A stretch of DNA of 64,000 bases. Source: Eledone cirrhosa (taxonomy: Eukaryota). The notes beneath the pieces were generated by a model. It had not been told where the DNA came from and did not search any database. It saw only the letters and a program-made list of their open reading frames with translations. Shown one piece after another: positions 1 through 17,458 of this stretch (position 1 is its first letter; the number at the start of each line of letters is the position of its first letter). The stretch is from positions 159,712,001 through 159,776,000 of the forward strand of contig OZ024741.1 in assembly GCA_964016885.1 (NCBI GenBank). Reading direction: 5' to 3'. A program made the translations under genes and the position numbers.

Positions 1-51
<51 letters not shown>

Positions 52-76
52 TGCCGAGAGTTCACATTAGGAAATA

Positions 77-200
77 GAGTCACATATATTTTACATGTCT
101 GTGATTCTATGTTATTATGAGTCACATATATTACATGTCTTAGATTCTACGTTATACTGAGTGTCATATATTACATGACTGTGTCCCTACGTTATAATAA
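77..200. repeat. ~40-bp minisatellite, 3 degenerate copies
   Basis: GAGTCACATATATTACATGTCT.TGATTCTA.GTTAT repeated three times. Confidence 0.7.
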
Positions 201-649
201 GAGGTAAGGTCAACGTTGGTAACATTTGAACCCAGAACTTATAGGAAACATCACTAAATAACACAAAACCTTTTTGTCCATCTCTTTACAGTTTCTGCCA
301 CTCTCAACCGAAACCTTCGTCGCTGTAATTAATGAAAATATAAAAATATGAGAAGAATATGAGAAAATATTCAATATACGTAATAGATATAACCTCACTG
401 AAACAAATAATAACATTTTCAAAACAAAAGGCCAAAATGTATGAAAATGTTTGAAATTAATATGAACTGAAGAATAATAAAACATCTTATATAACAAATG
501 TTTTCAGGAAAATATTAAAGAAAATATCGTACGATACTATATTAAATAGAGAAACGTATACTAAAAAACGTAATAATTTCTTAACAAAAATATATTGTTT
601 ATATAGAAGGGAAAAACAAAGTGTAAATATACGAAAATACACTTATGTC

Positions 650-3740
<3,091 letters not shown>

Positions 3741-4073
3741 CATAAAGATACATTCAAATCCTTCAACACATAAAGATACATTCAAATCCTTCAACCAACC
3801 AAACAATAAAAGTTCCACATAATTCGGCAATTTCATTGTGGACTGTGTATTTTCAGTTCAGCAGTGAATTAGGAAGACTGCACTGGCTTGGGGCAACATG
3901 TTATCAAACACAAGATCACAGCTGATAACAGATAATGTGTGTATGTCGAGGTGTGGGGGTAGGTGTGTGTATGTGACGTTGTGTGCTAACGTGTGTGTAT
4001 AGGTATGTGTTAGATTCTATGCGTGTGTGTGTCTGTGTATGTGTGTGTGAGAAAAAGAGAGAGAGACAGTGAC

Positions 4074-4118
<45 letters not shown>

Positions 4119-4173
4119 GAGAGAGAGAGAGAGAGAGACTGTATAGATGTGTGACTGAGAATGTGTGTGTGTG

Positions 4174-4218
<45 letters not shown>

Positions 4219-4559
4219 GTTCATATATATATATAGGGCTTGTACGTATGGGACTCTGTGTATTAGCGTGTGTTAGACTGTGTATGTTTGTATCACTACG
4301 TCTGTGTGTGTGTGTGTGTGTGTGTGTTTGTGTGTGTGTGTCTCTGTGTGTGTGTGTGTGTGTTGTTTGTTTAATTTCGTTTCGTTTTTCCCTATTTGAT
4401 TTGAATTATGAAAACATCATGATGTCGGTTTTATTGAATTGGTACATGAAGAAGAAATAAGGAGGTAAAATTGAACGAACATGCGTGACGTGAGCGCGTA
4501 TGTATTTGTTTGTGTATGTATGTGTGTGTGTGTGTGTGTGCATATATATATATATATAT

Positions 4560-4752
4560 AACGAAGGAAGTGTGGTAAGGAACCAGATGGACCATAACGC
4601 ACGAGAGTACTCAATACTTAGGGTAGTATAGTGGGTAATAGGAAAAGGTCTAAACCCGACGGCAGAGCTCAAGCCGTTTCGACGGCTATTTCCGGTCCAG
4701 AAATAGCCGTCGAAATGGGTTGAGCTCTGCCGTCGGGGTTAAACCTTTTCCC
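4560..4752 (-). mobile_element. Short fold-back element with the 3' half of a hammerhead motif (GAAACGGC...GCCGTC)
   Basis: Inverted repeat 4641-4751 centred near 4696. Same family at 42385-42505 (+). Both abut (TA)n. Confidence 0.6.
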
Positions 4753-4987
4753 GTATATATATATATATACACACACACACGCACATACATACACAAACAA
4801 ACACACACACAACACACACATATATATATATATAAATAATCAGGAAAGGGCTTTCCTGGTGATTTCCTTTCAATGAAACAGTTCTATTCCAGTAGAACCC
4901 ATTTCTATATTAAACATGATGTTTATTCTCTACTAATGTATTGAGTACCTTACTTATTGTGGTTACCACGATTGAACCCGAGACTCA

Positions 4988-5090
<103 letters not shown>

Positions 5091-5188
5091 TAAAGGAAGA
5101 AGTATACATATCTCTACACGTGTATAGATACAAATATAAATATATACATATAGGGTGTCCAACTTATACTGAGATTGGTTCAATGAAA

Positions 5189-6374
5189 TCTGTATATATA
5201 TAAAATTAAGTATGTGTGTGTGTGTCTGTGTGTCTGTATATTACCTATAGGGGCCTATATCTTACGACGGATTTTCATGAAACTTTACAGGCTCATAGAT
5301 TAGTCATCGGGGAGTGTTTTCTATATATCAGCGTATTGTTTTTTTAAATTCCTGGGTCATTCTGCAGATAAAAATCGATAGGGGTGACCTTTTTTTAAGT
5401 ATCGAAAAATAAGGTTTTTGGCTCTAGCTCCCACATTTTGCCACCGATTTCGTTCAAATTTTAAAGCAAAATAGAATTTATCATTGCACATCCTGTAATG
5501 GCTTTATATTTTGCATTTGTTCTTCAGGGACGGCGTGGCAGCCCTTAAATATTCAAAAATACCACTTTTTGACTCAAATTTCCACTTTTTTGGCTCTAGC
5601 TGCCACATTAATCAACCTACTTTGTTCAAATTTTACACTACGCTAGATCTGATTATTTTACGTCATATAGTCGCTTTACATTTTGGATTATTTTGTTCAC
5701 GAACGGCGTGGCAGCCGCTCAAATATTCGAAAATACCACCTTTTCGCTCAAATTTCCGCCTTTTCGGCTCTAGCTCCCACATTTTTGAACCGATTTCGTT
5801 CAAATTCGAAACTTCGGCTCCACCTCACACATAAATGAATTTATTTAGTTCAACTTTTATACTACGATAGAACCTATCATTGCACATCTTATAGTAGCTT
5901 TACACTTTGCATTTTTTATTCAGGGATGGCGACCTATCATTAGCTCGCACATTTTTCAACCGATTTCGTCCAAATTCGAAACTTCGGCTCCACCTCACAC
6001 ATAAATCAATTTATTCGGTTCAACTTTTATACTACGATAGAACCTATCATTGCACATCTTATAGATGGTCAAACGCAAAACGATGGCCACTGACGTCGTC
6101 TGAGCTTTTAGTTGTGTATTTGAGAATTCATCGGTTTCCAATCAAGTAGCGTGAGGAAATTTGGCTTAGTATTACAGGTCATTACCACCCTCCCCAGCAT
6201 GCACCTCCGTCAGTCACTCGCGTTTCTCAGTGATAGAGGTCATCACCACACTCCCCCACATGGCCTGTGTATAGCCATAGATGAGTCATCGAGAAACAGT
6301 CGCTAAGATCAACACCTTTTCAGCAAAGCATATATTATTTTACCTACTCAGGTAACGCTGGGTACTGCTGCTAG
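5189..6374 (+). mobile_element. Non-autonomous Helitron-like element
   Basis: 5' TC(TGTATATATATAAAA) then a microsatellite; internal tandem subrepeats; 3' GGTACTGCTGCTAG. Inserted between A and T with no TSD. Empty site visible in the duplicate copy near 7450. Confidence 0.8.
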
Positions 6375-6771
6375 TAGTTAATAAAATTAACAGATTCAGA
6401 GCCTAATAATATCAAATATGGAAAAAGCAAACAAGTTAAGAAAAAAATCTTTACCCACTCACTTTAATGTCCCTACTGCAGTTTCATTAGGAAAATAACG
6501 GTACTCCGAATGGAATATCGCGAGAAATCCTAAATCACCAGGAGACTTGCTCCGCCCAGAAATAAAATTCAAGACAATAATTCACAGTCGTTCGTTGTCA
6601 GTGAAGATTTCGAATGAAAGAAGTATCACATGACAAGTGACCAGCAGGATGGTAGGCAACTACTACTAGAAAGTAGTCCGATTCCCCAGATTTTTACTCT
6701 ACCATAAGGGAGTGTATTATATATTAAATGAAGAAGTATACATATCCCTACACGCGTATAGATACAAGTAT

Positions 6772-7376
6772 GGTGGCTGCCAACTCGTTTTCGAGTACGG
6801 CCACTACTTTATATCCATGTAGGAGAACTCCTACCGATGCGCTGAACGAATGTGATTTTTTAGTCCAGCCAGCGACTTGAAAACTCTGGTACAAAGACTA
6901 CACTTGTGACCATTATTGACACATAGTGCAGGGCCCATGGTACCATGTGATGACAAGTGCAGAGAGATCTCCAGATATAAAGCAATGCCTGTGCTGTGAA
7001 GCTTTTATAGAGACCAAAGGCACTGCACAAAGCCAGTCCAACTCTCTTAACCAAGATGATATTTACCAAAAAGAACAAGTCAACATCATTGGATACCATC
7101 AGGGTTGCAGGTGTTATATCAGAGTTTTCCTTCTCCTAGAATTCTGCCTTGACAAAGGCTAAGGGGTCATCTCTCCCGGTGATTTTGGATGGCTATTGAG
7201 TCTTAAGAGCTCCCTTGCCCTTTGACAGGTTTTGTTTTTAGTCCTGCAGGATGTCCAAAGTCACCCTCCTCACCAAGAAACCTTGGTGGGGTTGCCAGTT
7301 TAGTCGCCAACGACCCGACCATGAGACAGGTTGTACTGGGATACATGTTACCAGTAGCACCAACTGGTGACCTGAC
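6772..7376 (-). mobile_element. Internally deleted RTE-like LINE derivative (5' UTR joined to 3' end)
   Basis: 5'-UTR-like motif AGGAGAAGGAAAACTCTGA on the minus strand; 3' part encodes a C2H2-like tail (CSLCTRVFKSLAGLK); flanked by an ATACAAGTAT direct repeat. Confidence 0.55.
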
Positions 7377-8035
7377 ATACAAGTATAGATACAAGTATAG
7401 ATTTATACATACATACAGGGTGTCCAACTTATACTGAGATTGGTTCAATGAAATAATTAATAAAATAATTAATGAAATAATTAATAAAATTAACGGATTC
7501 AGAGCCTAAAATGGAAAAAGCAAACAAGTTAAAAAAAAATCTTTACCTACTCATCTGTATTTTATTACATATATTTCACTATCGATCATATTAATGAACG
7601 ATATATTAACGATCGAACCTGAGACTGGAAGCTCCTCAGATATGTTTTAACATGTAGACTTGCGTCTGAGAGTGGTTGAATATTACCCCGATTCGTTCTT
7701 ATATGCTACCACAAATTCTGTCATAGTGTCTTGTTGGTTTGTTTTCAGTCAGATCACAGCTGAGGGCTTCCTATAATTTAGCAGCTATTATCGCCATCTC
7801 AGTCAAGTTATCATACGTATCCCTGCGTGTCCACCCGTCTTCCTGACGTCCGCTGGCACATTGTTTGAAGTAAGCATTAAGGAGATAAGGCAATACATAA
7901 ATGCCGGAGTGATGAAATGTAAAGGAGTAAAGGAATAGAGATACAAAATAAAATAAAAACCAATTATGAATACAGAGCCGATAAGAAAATAAAAAAATAA
8001 AATAAAAAAGCGAAAAAATATATTACAGACATATA

Positions 8036-8228
8036 ATAATTGTTTCTACTTTTGGCACAAGGACAGCAATTACCCAGTGCATTACTGGTACTTTATTTTA
8101 TCGACCCCGTAAGGATGACAGGCAAAGTTAACCTAGGTGGGATTTCAACTCAGAACGTAAAGGGCCGTAACTCTATGCTGTAAAGCATGGTGTCTGACGC
8201 TCTACCGATACTACCAATTCACCTCCTT
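8036..8228 (-). mobile_element. tRNA-derived SINE (octopus-type)
   Basis: A-box/B-box-like motifs, body TCATCCTTACGGGGTCGATAAAATAAAGTACCAG, (AAT) tail. Confidence 0.85.
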
Positions 8229-8432
8229 CAGCCATATAATAGTGTTAGTGAGATGGAAGTAGTGGGTACGTAGAAAAATTAAAAAAGGGATACGACCCTA
8301 GAAAAATATATATTAAAGTAAACATAAAATACAGTAATATATAAAACAATATCCATATATATAAAAAAAAAATATAAAGTAATAACAGTGCAGGTAGAAG
8401 ATAAAGAGTAAAAACGAAACCTATACATACAC

Positions 8433-8553
<121 letters not shown>

Positions 8554-8894
8554 CACACATATATATATATACATATATATAAATATATATATATACATAC
8601 ACACATATATATATACACACACATATATATATATACATAGACATTCATATACTTATATATATATATAAACATACACATACACATATACATATATATACAT
8701 ATATACATACCCTCATTCATATACATGTATACAGACACATACATACACACATAGACACACTTATATATATATATATATACACACATATATACATGCGCAT
8801 ATACATATAGAGCCACAAAGACACCGATGTGTGTAAAAGAAGTCGTACAGACATACTAGTGTGTTATAATAAAAACAATACATTAAAAAAAATA

Positions 8895-9290
8895 CAATTA
8901 TTTCTTCTTTTGGCACAAGGCCAGCAATTATCCGGTTACATTACTGGTACTTTATTTTATCGACCCCGTAAGGATGAAAGACAAAGTTAACCTCGGCGGG
9001 ATTTGAACTCAGATTGTAAAGGGACGTAACTGTGCTGGAAAGCATGCCCGACCCTCTTCCGATACTGACAATTCACCTGCCACCTAAAAAAAATATAATT
9101 GTTTCTACTTTTGGCCCAAGGCCAGCAATTATCCCAGTGTATTACTGGTACTTTATTTTATCGACCCTGTAAAGATGAAAGGCAAAGTTAACCTCGGTGG
9201 GATTTGAACTCAGACCATAAAGGGCCGTAACTCTTTACTGCAAAGTATGGTGTCCGACACTCTACCGATACTGCCAAACCACCACCCTAA
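8895..9290 (-). mobile_element. Two tandem copies of the same SINE
   Basis: Copies at about 8895-9083 and 9097-9287. Confidence 0.85.
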
Positions 9291-9799
9291 AAAAATATAA
9301 TATAGATGGATCAGTTGGAGATGCGAAAGGAGTAGTGAAAGTAGGACGTTTCAAATAGAATCCGGTGGATGGTTAATAGATTATCCGCAGAGATGAGATA
9401 GTCGACCATAGAAAGGTATATTCCGAAAGCAAGGATGTATGAACAAGTTGGATATGTGCCCATATGTTGTGATTGTATATGTGTGTTCTTATGCGTGCGT
9501 TTTACGTTGTGTAAGATGTTATGTACTATTCCGTATTACATACATGGGAAAGTCTATATGCATGTATACGTTCAAATAAATGCTAATTTGTGCATTCAGT
9601 GTGGGCCCAAAGGTTGGTTCAGGTGTTCAGCAAACCACTGGGCCGCCCCAGTGCGCGACGGGGCCTGCCTCCCATTGTCCGTATGGACCATGCACTCGCT
9701 AAGCTGTTATCCGGGAAAATTCAGCGCACCAAAAGTACAATTCCGGTGGTGCCTGCAAGCCATGTTGATGTCGGACTTGAGGTTAACCAAATTATGTTT

Positions 9800-10280
9800 T
9801 AATTTTACTATTTCCATGGCTTCCGCCATATATATATATGGTTAACATCTGGAACTCAATTTTGAACACCAAACTAAGGTTTAAGTTCTTTCGATCAACA
9901 GTTGAAAGTGTGCTAGTGTATGGAACAGTGTGCTGGGCACTCACAAAGAAGATGGAACGACGGTTAGATGGCACACACACAAGACAACTGAGGAAAGCGC
10001 AAAATATATCCTGTGGCGAGCGCAGAACAAACGAATCTCTATAGCGATTAAAGACATCGTAAAGACTAGAAGACTCGGTCTTATAGGCGACACATGGCGA
10101 AGAGATCAGACAGAGGCATTACACCAGTTACTGATATGGGAACCCATACATGGTCTCATGCTACGTTTCTGGGGCGGGTTTGTAAAGACAATAATCTTAG
10201 AAAGAATGACCTTGTAGAAGCAATGCTGGATAAACGTGATTTGAGGAAACTCGACATGATGATGATAATGATGATGATAT
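9800..10280 (+). pseudogene. RTE-clade LINE ORF C-terminal fragment with (ATG)n tail
   Basis: Translates to FFRSTVESVLVYG..CWALTKKMERRLDG and RRLGLIGDTWR; frameshifted; GATGAT tail. Confidence 0.8.
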
Positions 10281-10503
10281 ATATATACATACACACACAC
10301 ATATATATATATATAAATATATATATATACATATAGAAAAGATGAATATAAAATGAAAGTGCTTTTTTAAAAAGGAATTTATTATGTATATATATACATA
10401 TATATACATATATGTATATATATACATACACACACACATATATATATATATACACACATATATATATAAATATATATATACATATATGTATATATATATA
10501 TAT

Positions 10504-10775
10504 ATGGTGGTGGCTGCCAACTCGTTTTCGAGTACGGCCACTACTTTATATCCATGTAGGAGAACCCCTACCGATGTGCTGAAAGAGTGACTTTTTAGTC
10601 CAACCAGCGACTTGAAAACTCTGGTACAAACACTACACCTGTGACAATTATTGTCACATAGTGCTGGGTCCATGGTACCATGTGACGACAAGTGCAGAGA
10701 GATCTCCAGATATAAAGCAATGCCTGTGCCGTGAAGCTTTTATAGTGAGCAAAGGCACTGCACAAAGCCAGTCCT
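10504..10775 (-). mobile_element. RTE-like LINE 3' end fragment (same family as 6772-7040)
   Basis: Near-identical to 6770-7038; encodes CSVCTRVFKSLVGLKSH. Confidence 0.7.
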
Positions 10776-10797
10776 ACTTCTTTGTCACTCGTTTCTC

Positions 10798-10811
10798 CAT
10801 CATCATCGTCG

Positions 10812-10868
<57 letters not shown>

Positions 10869-11006
10869 CAATTATTATTGCACTTACCTTCATTGTTATT
10901 TCTTCTTCTTCTTCTTCTTCTTCTTCTTCTTCTTCTTCTTCTTCTTCTTCTTCTTCTTCTTCTTCTTCTTCTTCTTCTTCTTCTTCTTCTTCTTCTTCTT
11001 CTTCTT

Positions 11007-11036
<30 letters not shown>
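10798..11036. repeat. (CAT)n followed by (TTC)n microsatellites
   Basis: Directly visible. Confidence 0.95.
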
Positions 11037-11037
<1 letters not shown>

Positions 11038-11579
11038 GCTGGACACTCCTCAGAGTAGCCTTCCACGATCTATAAACATTGAGGACCCTTGAATTAAACT
11101 CAGACCTAAGACCACTGTCATTTACCCTTAAGTAATCGCAGCTTCCAGTTCTTGGGGCCTTTGCAATAAGATTCGATAAATCGTCATGGCAACTCTTCGT
11201 GGTTTATAGTAAATAGTTTCCTTCACCGTACAAGTGAACTCCACACTAAAAGATAAAGAATCACTCGTCATATCAACATTGCTGTCACCGCTTGGAGCAG
11301 ACGAGTCACTCCTACTACATGCTGGCTCCCTATTTATAGATCGGTGGACTGGGCTATTTTCAGAGTTACAAATACGGTAGGGTCTTACATAACTATCCCT
11401 CAGTGGGATTAGTCTTTGATTGTGTTCGTGAATAACATTGAATTAATGTAGTATTGTTGTTCATAATGATGTTTTAACTGACATTGGCTATAGTTATGCA
11501 TGAGTGTGTATCCGTGGAAACATGTACACATACACCAGGTCCGAACACAAAGGAACCAAATTCTCACTGTCACTGCCTC

Positions 11580-11705
11580 CGTCTCTCCTGATCTCCCCAC
11601 CTCTCACCGGCGGACAGAATAGAGAAGGTGTTTCCCCGGAGGATGGTGAATGAGACGCGCTGGAAGAACCATTCCAGTTCGCGACGATGGTTCAAGTTGC
11701 GTATG
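11580..11705 (-). pseudogene. CRE-like (RLE) non-LTR retrotransposon C-terminal fragment
   Basis: RELEWFFQRVSFTILRGNTFSIL resembles the QRlSiAilRGN C-terminal motif of CRE-type elements. Confidence 0.6.
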
Positions 11706-12088
11706 TATCTCTGATAAACTGAGATCAACCAAGTCCTTAGCAGATAAAACAAAACTCCATCTAGAGGTTTTTTAAATCTAAAAACAACAAGCAACGGGGA
11801 TAACTCACTACGATCAATTCATCATTAATTTTGGACAGTATAGAAAATGCAGACTGGAGTATATCCTGCTTTTTAAATCAACCGTTGAAAGCAACGAGCA
11901 TATTTCGGCTTTGTTATTCCTTCTTAGCGATCTATGAACATGAAACTGTAACTAAGACAGTATCTAGACACAAGGGAATGATGATAATTAAATATGTTGC
12001 TTAGTTAACAAACAGAAATTGTAAAAATTGGCCACAAAATTGGATTTCAATGAATTAGTTCTTTCTGACGAAGGAAGTTTCCATAAAA

Positions 12089-12198
12089 ACAGCAGCAGCA
12101 GCAACAACAACTACAACAACGATATTAATGATTGTTCTATCCTGGACAGCTGTGATACACCAAATAACCACAACACACCTGAATTGCCTACAGGTTAC

Positions 12199-12241
<43 letters not shown>

Positions 12242-13912
12242 AGAAGAAGAAGAAGAAGAAGAAGAAGAAGGATGAGGAGGAGGATGATAAGGAGGAGGAT
12301 GATGAGGGGGGAGAAGAAGAAGAAGAAGAAGAAGAAGAAGAAGAAGAAAAAGAAGAAAAAGAAGAAAAAGAAGAAAAAGAAGAAAAAGAAGAAAAAGAAG
12401 AAAAAGAAGAAAAAGAAGAAAAAGAAGAAGAAAAATAAAATGGAGAGAAGAGGAAGAAAGATTATGAAGGTGACGGGGATGATGGGAATGATGTTGATGG
12501 TGATGGTGATGGTGATTATGTTGGTGATGTTAATAATAGTAACGACAGTCATGTTGACAGTAATGCTGTTGATGATGATTGTTATGTTGATGAGGATGTT
12601 AATGATGTTGATGATAATGATGATGGTGATGATGATGATATTGATGGTGATGATGATGAAGATGTTAATGATGGTGATGATATTGATGGTGATGATGATG
12701 AGGGTATTAATGATGGTGATGGTGATGATATTGAGGGAGATGATGATGAAGATGTCAATGATGGTGATGATGATGATATTGATGGTGATAATGATGATGA
12801 AGATGTTAATGATGGTGATGGTGAAAGGGATGGTGATGGTGAAAGGGATAGTGATGGTGAAAGTGATGGTGATGGTGACCGTCATAAAGAATCAAGAAGT
12901 TGTTTTTTGTCTACTTTCTATTTCAACATATAAAAACAACAACAGCGGCAGCAGCAATAACAACAATAACAACAACAATATCAACAACAATATCAACAAT
13001 AATAACAACCACAACAATACCAACAACACTATCATCAACAACAACAACAAAAACAACAACAACAATAACAATAACAATAACAACAACAAGATCAACAACA
13101 ACAACAACAACAACAACAAGATCAACAACAACAACAACAACAACAAGAATATCAACAACAATAACAACAACAACAACAAAAACAACAACAACAACAATAA
13201 CAACAATAACAACAATAACAACAACAATAACAACAACAATAACAACAACAACAATATCAACAACAATATCAACAACAATAACAACAACAATAACAACAAC
13301 AATAACAACAACAATATCAACAACAATATCAACAACATTAACAACAACAATAACAACACCAATATCAACAACAATATCAACAACAATATCAACAACAACA
13401 ATAACAACAACAATAACAACAACAATAACAACAACAATAACAATAACAACAGCAATAACAACAACAACAACAATAACAACAACAATATCAACAACAATAA
13501 CAACAACAATAACAACAACAATAACAACAACAATAACAACAACAATAACAATAACAACAGCAATAACAACAACAACAACAATAACAACAACAATATCAAC
13601 AACAATAACAACAACAATAACAACAACAATAACAATAACAACAACAATATCAACAACAATAACAACAACAATAACAACAACAATAACAATAACAACAGCA
13701 ATAACAACAACAATAACAATAACAACAGCAATAACAACAACAATAACAACAACAATATCAACGACAATAACAACAACAATAACAACAACAATAACAACAA
13801 CAGAAACAATAACAATAACAACAACAATAACAACGATTTAATTAGTGATAACACAATAACAACAACAATAACAACAACAATAACAACAACAGCAGCAACA
13901 ACAAAAACAACA
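12089..13912. repeat. Compound trinucleotide tract (CAG)/(AAG)/(GAT)/(AAC)
   Basis: Directly visible; source of several long spurious ORFs. Confidence 0.9.
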
Positions 13913-13951
13913 ATTTTTTTAGCACCGGCACAGCGTGATTCCGTAAAAAGT

Positions 13952-15695
13952 TTGTTTACATGTAATAAAGGTGAATATGAACCTCTATACATGTACAATA
14001 TGTTTACATGTAATAAAGGTGAATATGAACCTCTATACATGTACAATATGTTTACATGTAATAAAGGTGAATAGGAACCTCTATACATGTATAATATGTT
14101 TACATGTAATAAAGGTGAATATGAACTCCTATACATGTACAATATGTTTACATGTAATAAAGGTGAATATGAACCTCTATACATGTACAATATGTTTACA
14201 TGTAATAAAGGTGAATAGGAACTCCTATACATGTACAATATGTTTACATGTAATAAAGGTGAATATGAACCTCTATACATGTACAATATGTTTATATGTA
14301 ATAAAGGTGAATATGAACCTCTATACATGTACAATATGTTTACATGTAATAAAGGTGAATATGAACCTCTATACATGTACAATATGTTTACATGTAATAA
14401 AGGTGAATATGAACCTCTATACATGTACAATATGTTTACATGTAATAAAGGTGAATATGAACTCCTATACATGTACAATATGTTTACATGTAATAAAGGT
14501 GAATATGAACCTCTATACATGTACAATATGTTTACATGTAATAAAGGTGAATATGAACCTCTATACATGTATAATATGTTTACATGTAATAAAGGTGAAT
14601 ATGAACTCCTATACATGTACAATATGTTTACATGTAATAAAGGTGAATATGAACCTCTATACATGTACAATATGTTTACATGTAATAAAGGTGAATATGA
14701 ACTCCTATACATGTACAATATGTTTACATGTAATAAAGGTGAATATGAACCTCTATGCATGTACAATATGTTTACATGTAATAAAGGTGAATATGAACCT
14801 CTATACATGTATAATATGTTTACATGTAATAAAGGTGAATATAAACTCCTATACATGTACAATATGTTTACATGTAATAAAGGTGAATATGAACCTCTAT
14901 ACATGTACAATATGTTTACATGTAATAAAGGTGAATAGGAACTCCTATACATGTACAATATGTTTACATGTAATAAAGGTGAATATGAACCTCTATACAT
15001 GTACAATATGTTTACATGTAATAAAGGTGAATATGAACCTCTATACATGTACAATATGTTTACATGTAATAAAGGTGAATATGAACCTCTATACATGTAC
15101 AATATGTTTACATGTAATAAAGGTGAATATGAACTCCTATACATGTACAATATGTTTACATGTAATAAAGGTGAATATGAACCTCTATACATGTACAATA
15201 TGTTTACATGTAATAAAGGTGAATATGAACCTCTATACATGTATAATATGTTTACATGTAATAAAGGTGAATATGAACTCCTATACATGTACAATATGTT
15301 TACATGTAATAAAGGTGAATATGAACCTCTATACATGTACAATATGTTTACATGTAATAAAGGTGAATATGAACCTCTATACATGTACAATATGTTTACA
15401 TGTAATAAAGGTGAATATGAACTCCTATACATGTACAATATGTTTACATGTAATAAAGGTGAATATGAACCTCTATACATGTACAATATGTTTACATGTA
15501 ATAAAGGTGAATATGAACCTCTATACATGTATAATATGTTTACATGTAATAAAGGTGAATATGAACTCCTATACATGTACAATATGTTTACATGTAATAA
15601 AGGTGAATATGAACCTCTATACATGTACAATATGTTTACATGTAATAAAGGTGAATATGAACTCCTATACATGTACAATATGTTTACATGTAATA
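13952..15695. repeat. 48-bp tandem satellite, ~36 copies
   Basis: Unit TGTTTACATGTAATAAAGGTGAATATGAACCTCTATACATGTACAATA, highly homogeneous. Confidence 0.97.
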
Positions 15696-15837
15696 GTATG
15701 AGTATTATAAACTGTAATCCTGTCACGGATTCCTCAGAATAAGCGTAAGAAGTGGGTGCATTTTACTGTCGTTATGAGGTTGAGAAGTCTATCTTATAGC
15801 TTTTGTAAACAAACTATTTTCTAGTCAGTCAAGCTGG

Positions 15838-16232
15838 CACCAGAGGTAAATAATTCTTCATAAAGGCTTTACTAAAGGTAAACAAACCTTCGTTTAGGCT
15901 TTCCCAGAGGTAAGACTTCATTAAGGCTTACCAGTGGTAAGTAAGACATGATTAAGGCTTTACCAAAGTTAAACAGACTGTCATTAAGGTTTTCCCAGAG
16001 GTAAGTAAACATTCACCAAGGCTTTACTAGAGGTAGATAAGATTTCATCTAGAGGTAAGAAAACCTTCATGAAGGCTTTACCAGAGGTAGTAGGCCTTCA
16101 TCAGGGCTTTAACAACGTAAATCCTTCATTAATGGGTTTACCAGAGATAAATAAGAATTCATCAAGGCTTTACCAGAAGTAGGTAAGCCTTCATTATGGC
16201 TATTCAAGGGGTAAATAGACCGTCATTAAGCA
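15838..16232. repeat. Degenerate ~30-32-bp minisatellite, ~12 copies
   Basis: Recurring AAGGCTTTACCAGAGGTAA...CTTCATT. Confidence 0.8.
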
Positions 16233-17319
16233 ACTAGTCGAAAATACGATTGTTCGTACCTCAACAGCAGCAATAGAGACTTGGCCGAGACTATAGTCAA
16301 CACATTATCTATAGTTGATTTAATCCAACATTGTTGATGTTTAGTCACAGATCAGCTTTATCCCGGTGACATATGATGAAAGAGGTTTAAATCGTCACTA
16401 TTTGTCATTTGATTTGCAGACGCAACGTATATAGGACAATATTATAGAGTATGTCATTCCTTTGTAAAGACTGTAAAGTGTGACTTACTATTTCTTGGAG
16501 AGTGAGTGACTAAGTAAAAAATTCGTCGTTGTTGCGACTGACTGTAAAATGTATAATGATTATGTAGAGCTCACCACTGCGTAATCTCTGAATACTTAAT
16601 GTCTATTTCAGTAAATAGCAATAATTTCTCCTACAGAATCTTCCTTTGCATCGACTAGGATTAAGTCATAAGGGCGTTGTAATGATATACGGCGTATATT
16701 GGGTACTTTTACGCCTGATGAAGTCCATCCTCTTTCCGGGTCTGAACACAGTCGGTTTCTTCCAGACGAATGACGTGAAGCATTTTATCCGACAACAGAA
16801 TCCTCTTACAGACCAGCAATTTGCTAACACGATTTACCATTCGACTATATTCTTCCGCAGAAGATCCTGAAATAGCCAATGCCATAAAATCCATCGAGAA
16901 AAGGTTTATTTTCAGAGTGAATGAAAGAAGAAATATACACACAATACAAATCAACATTGCTACTTTTCAGAGGAAATGTATAGACACATGTAATATGAAA
17001 ACTATAGTGGAAGTGAAAGTAAGAACACAATTTTGAAAGTACGTTAAAACTTCACAGCTAAAAGATAAATGTTGGGAAAAAAGCACTAACTACTGACAAA
17101 GGAACAAAAAACAAAACGCATAGAAAAGTGCTTGATTTCAACTGAAGATAAACAGAATAGTTAATAATAATACTAGAGTGAAACAGTGTAGCAAGAGGAA
17201 TAAATACATATATAAATGAATAAATATATAAGATTCAGTGAATGGATAAATAGATAAATAAATAAAAAATAATATTTTTAATGTCTGCAAAACTCTCTTC
17301 AATCTGCAAATTGTATGTT

Positions 17320-17458
<139 letters not shown>

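Noticed and set aside
12028-15742. ORFs of 235-944 aa
   Set aside because: Produced by trinucleotide tracts and the 48-bp satellite; open on both strands; no recognisable domain
13952-16232. CRISPR-like appearance of the 48-bp and ~31-bp arrays
   Set aside because: No unique spacers and no cas genes; eukaryotic context
16704-16756. CTGATGA-AGTCC...GGGTCT-GAACAC-AGTC as a hammerhead
   Set aside because: GAAA core is broken and stem I cannot form
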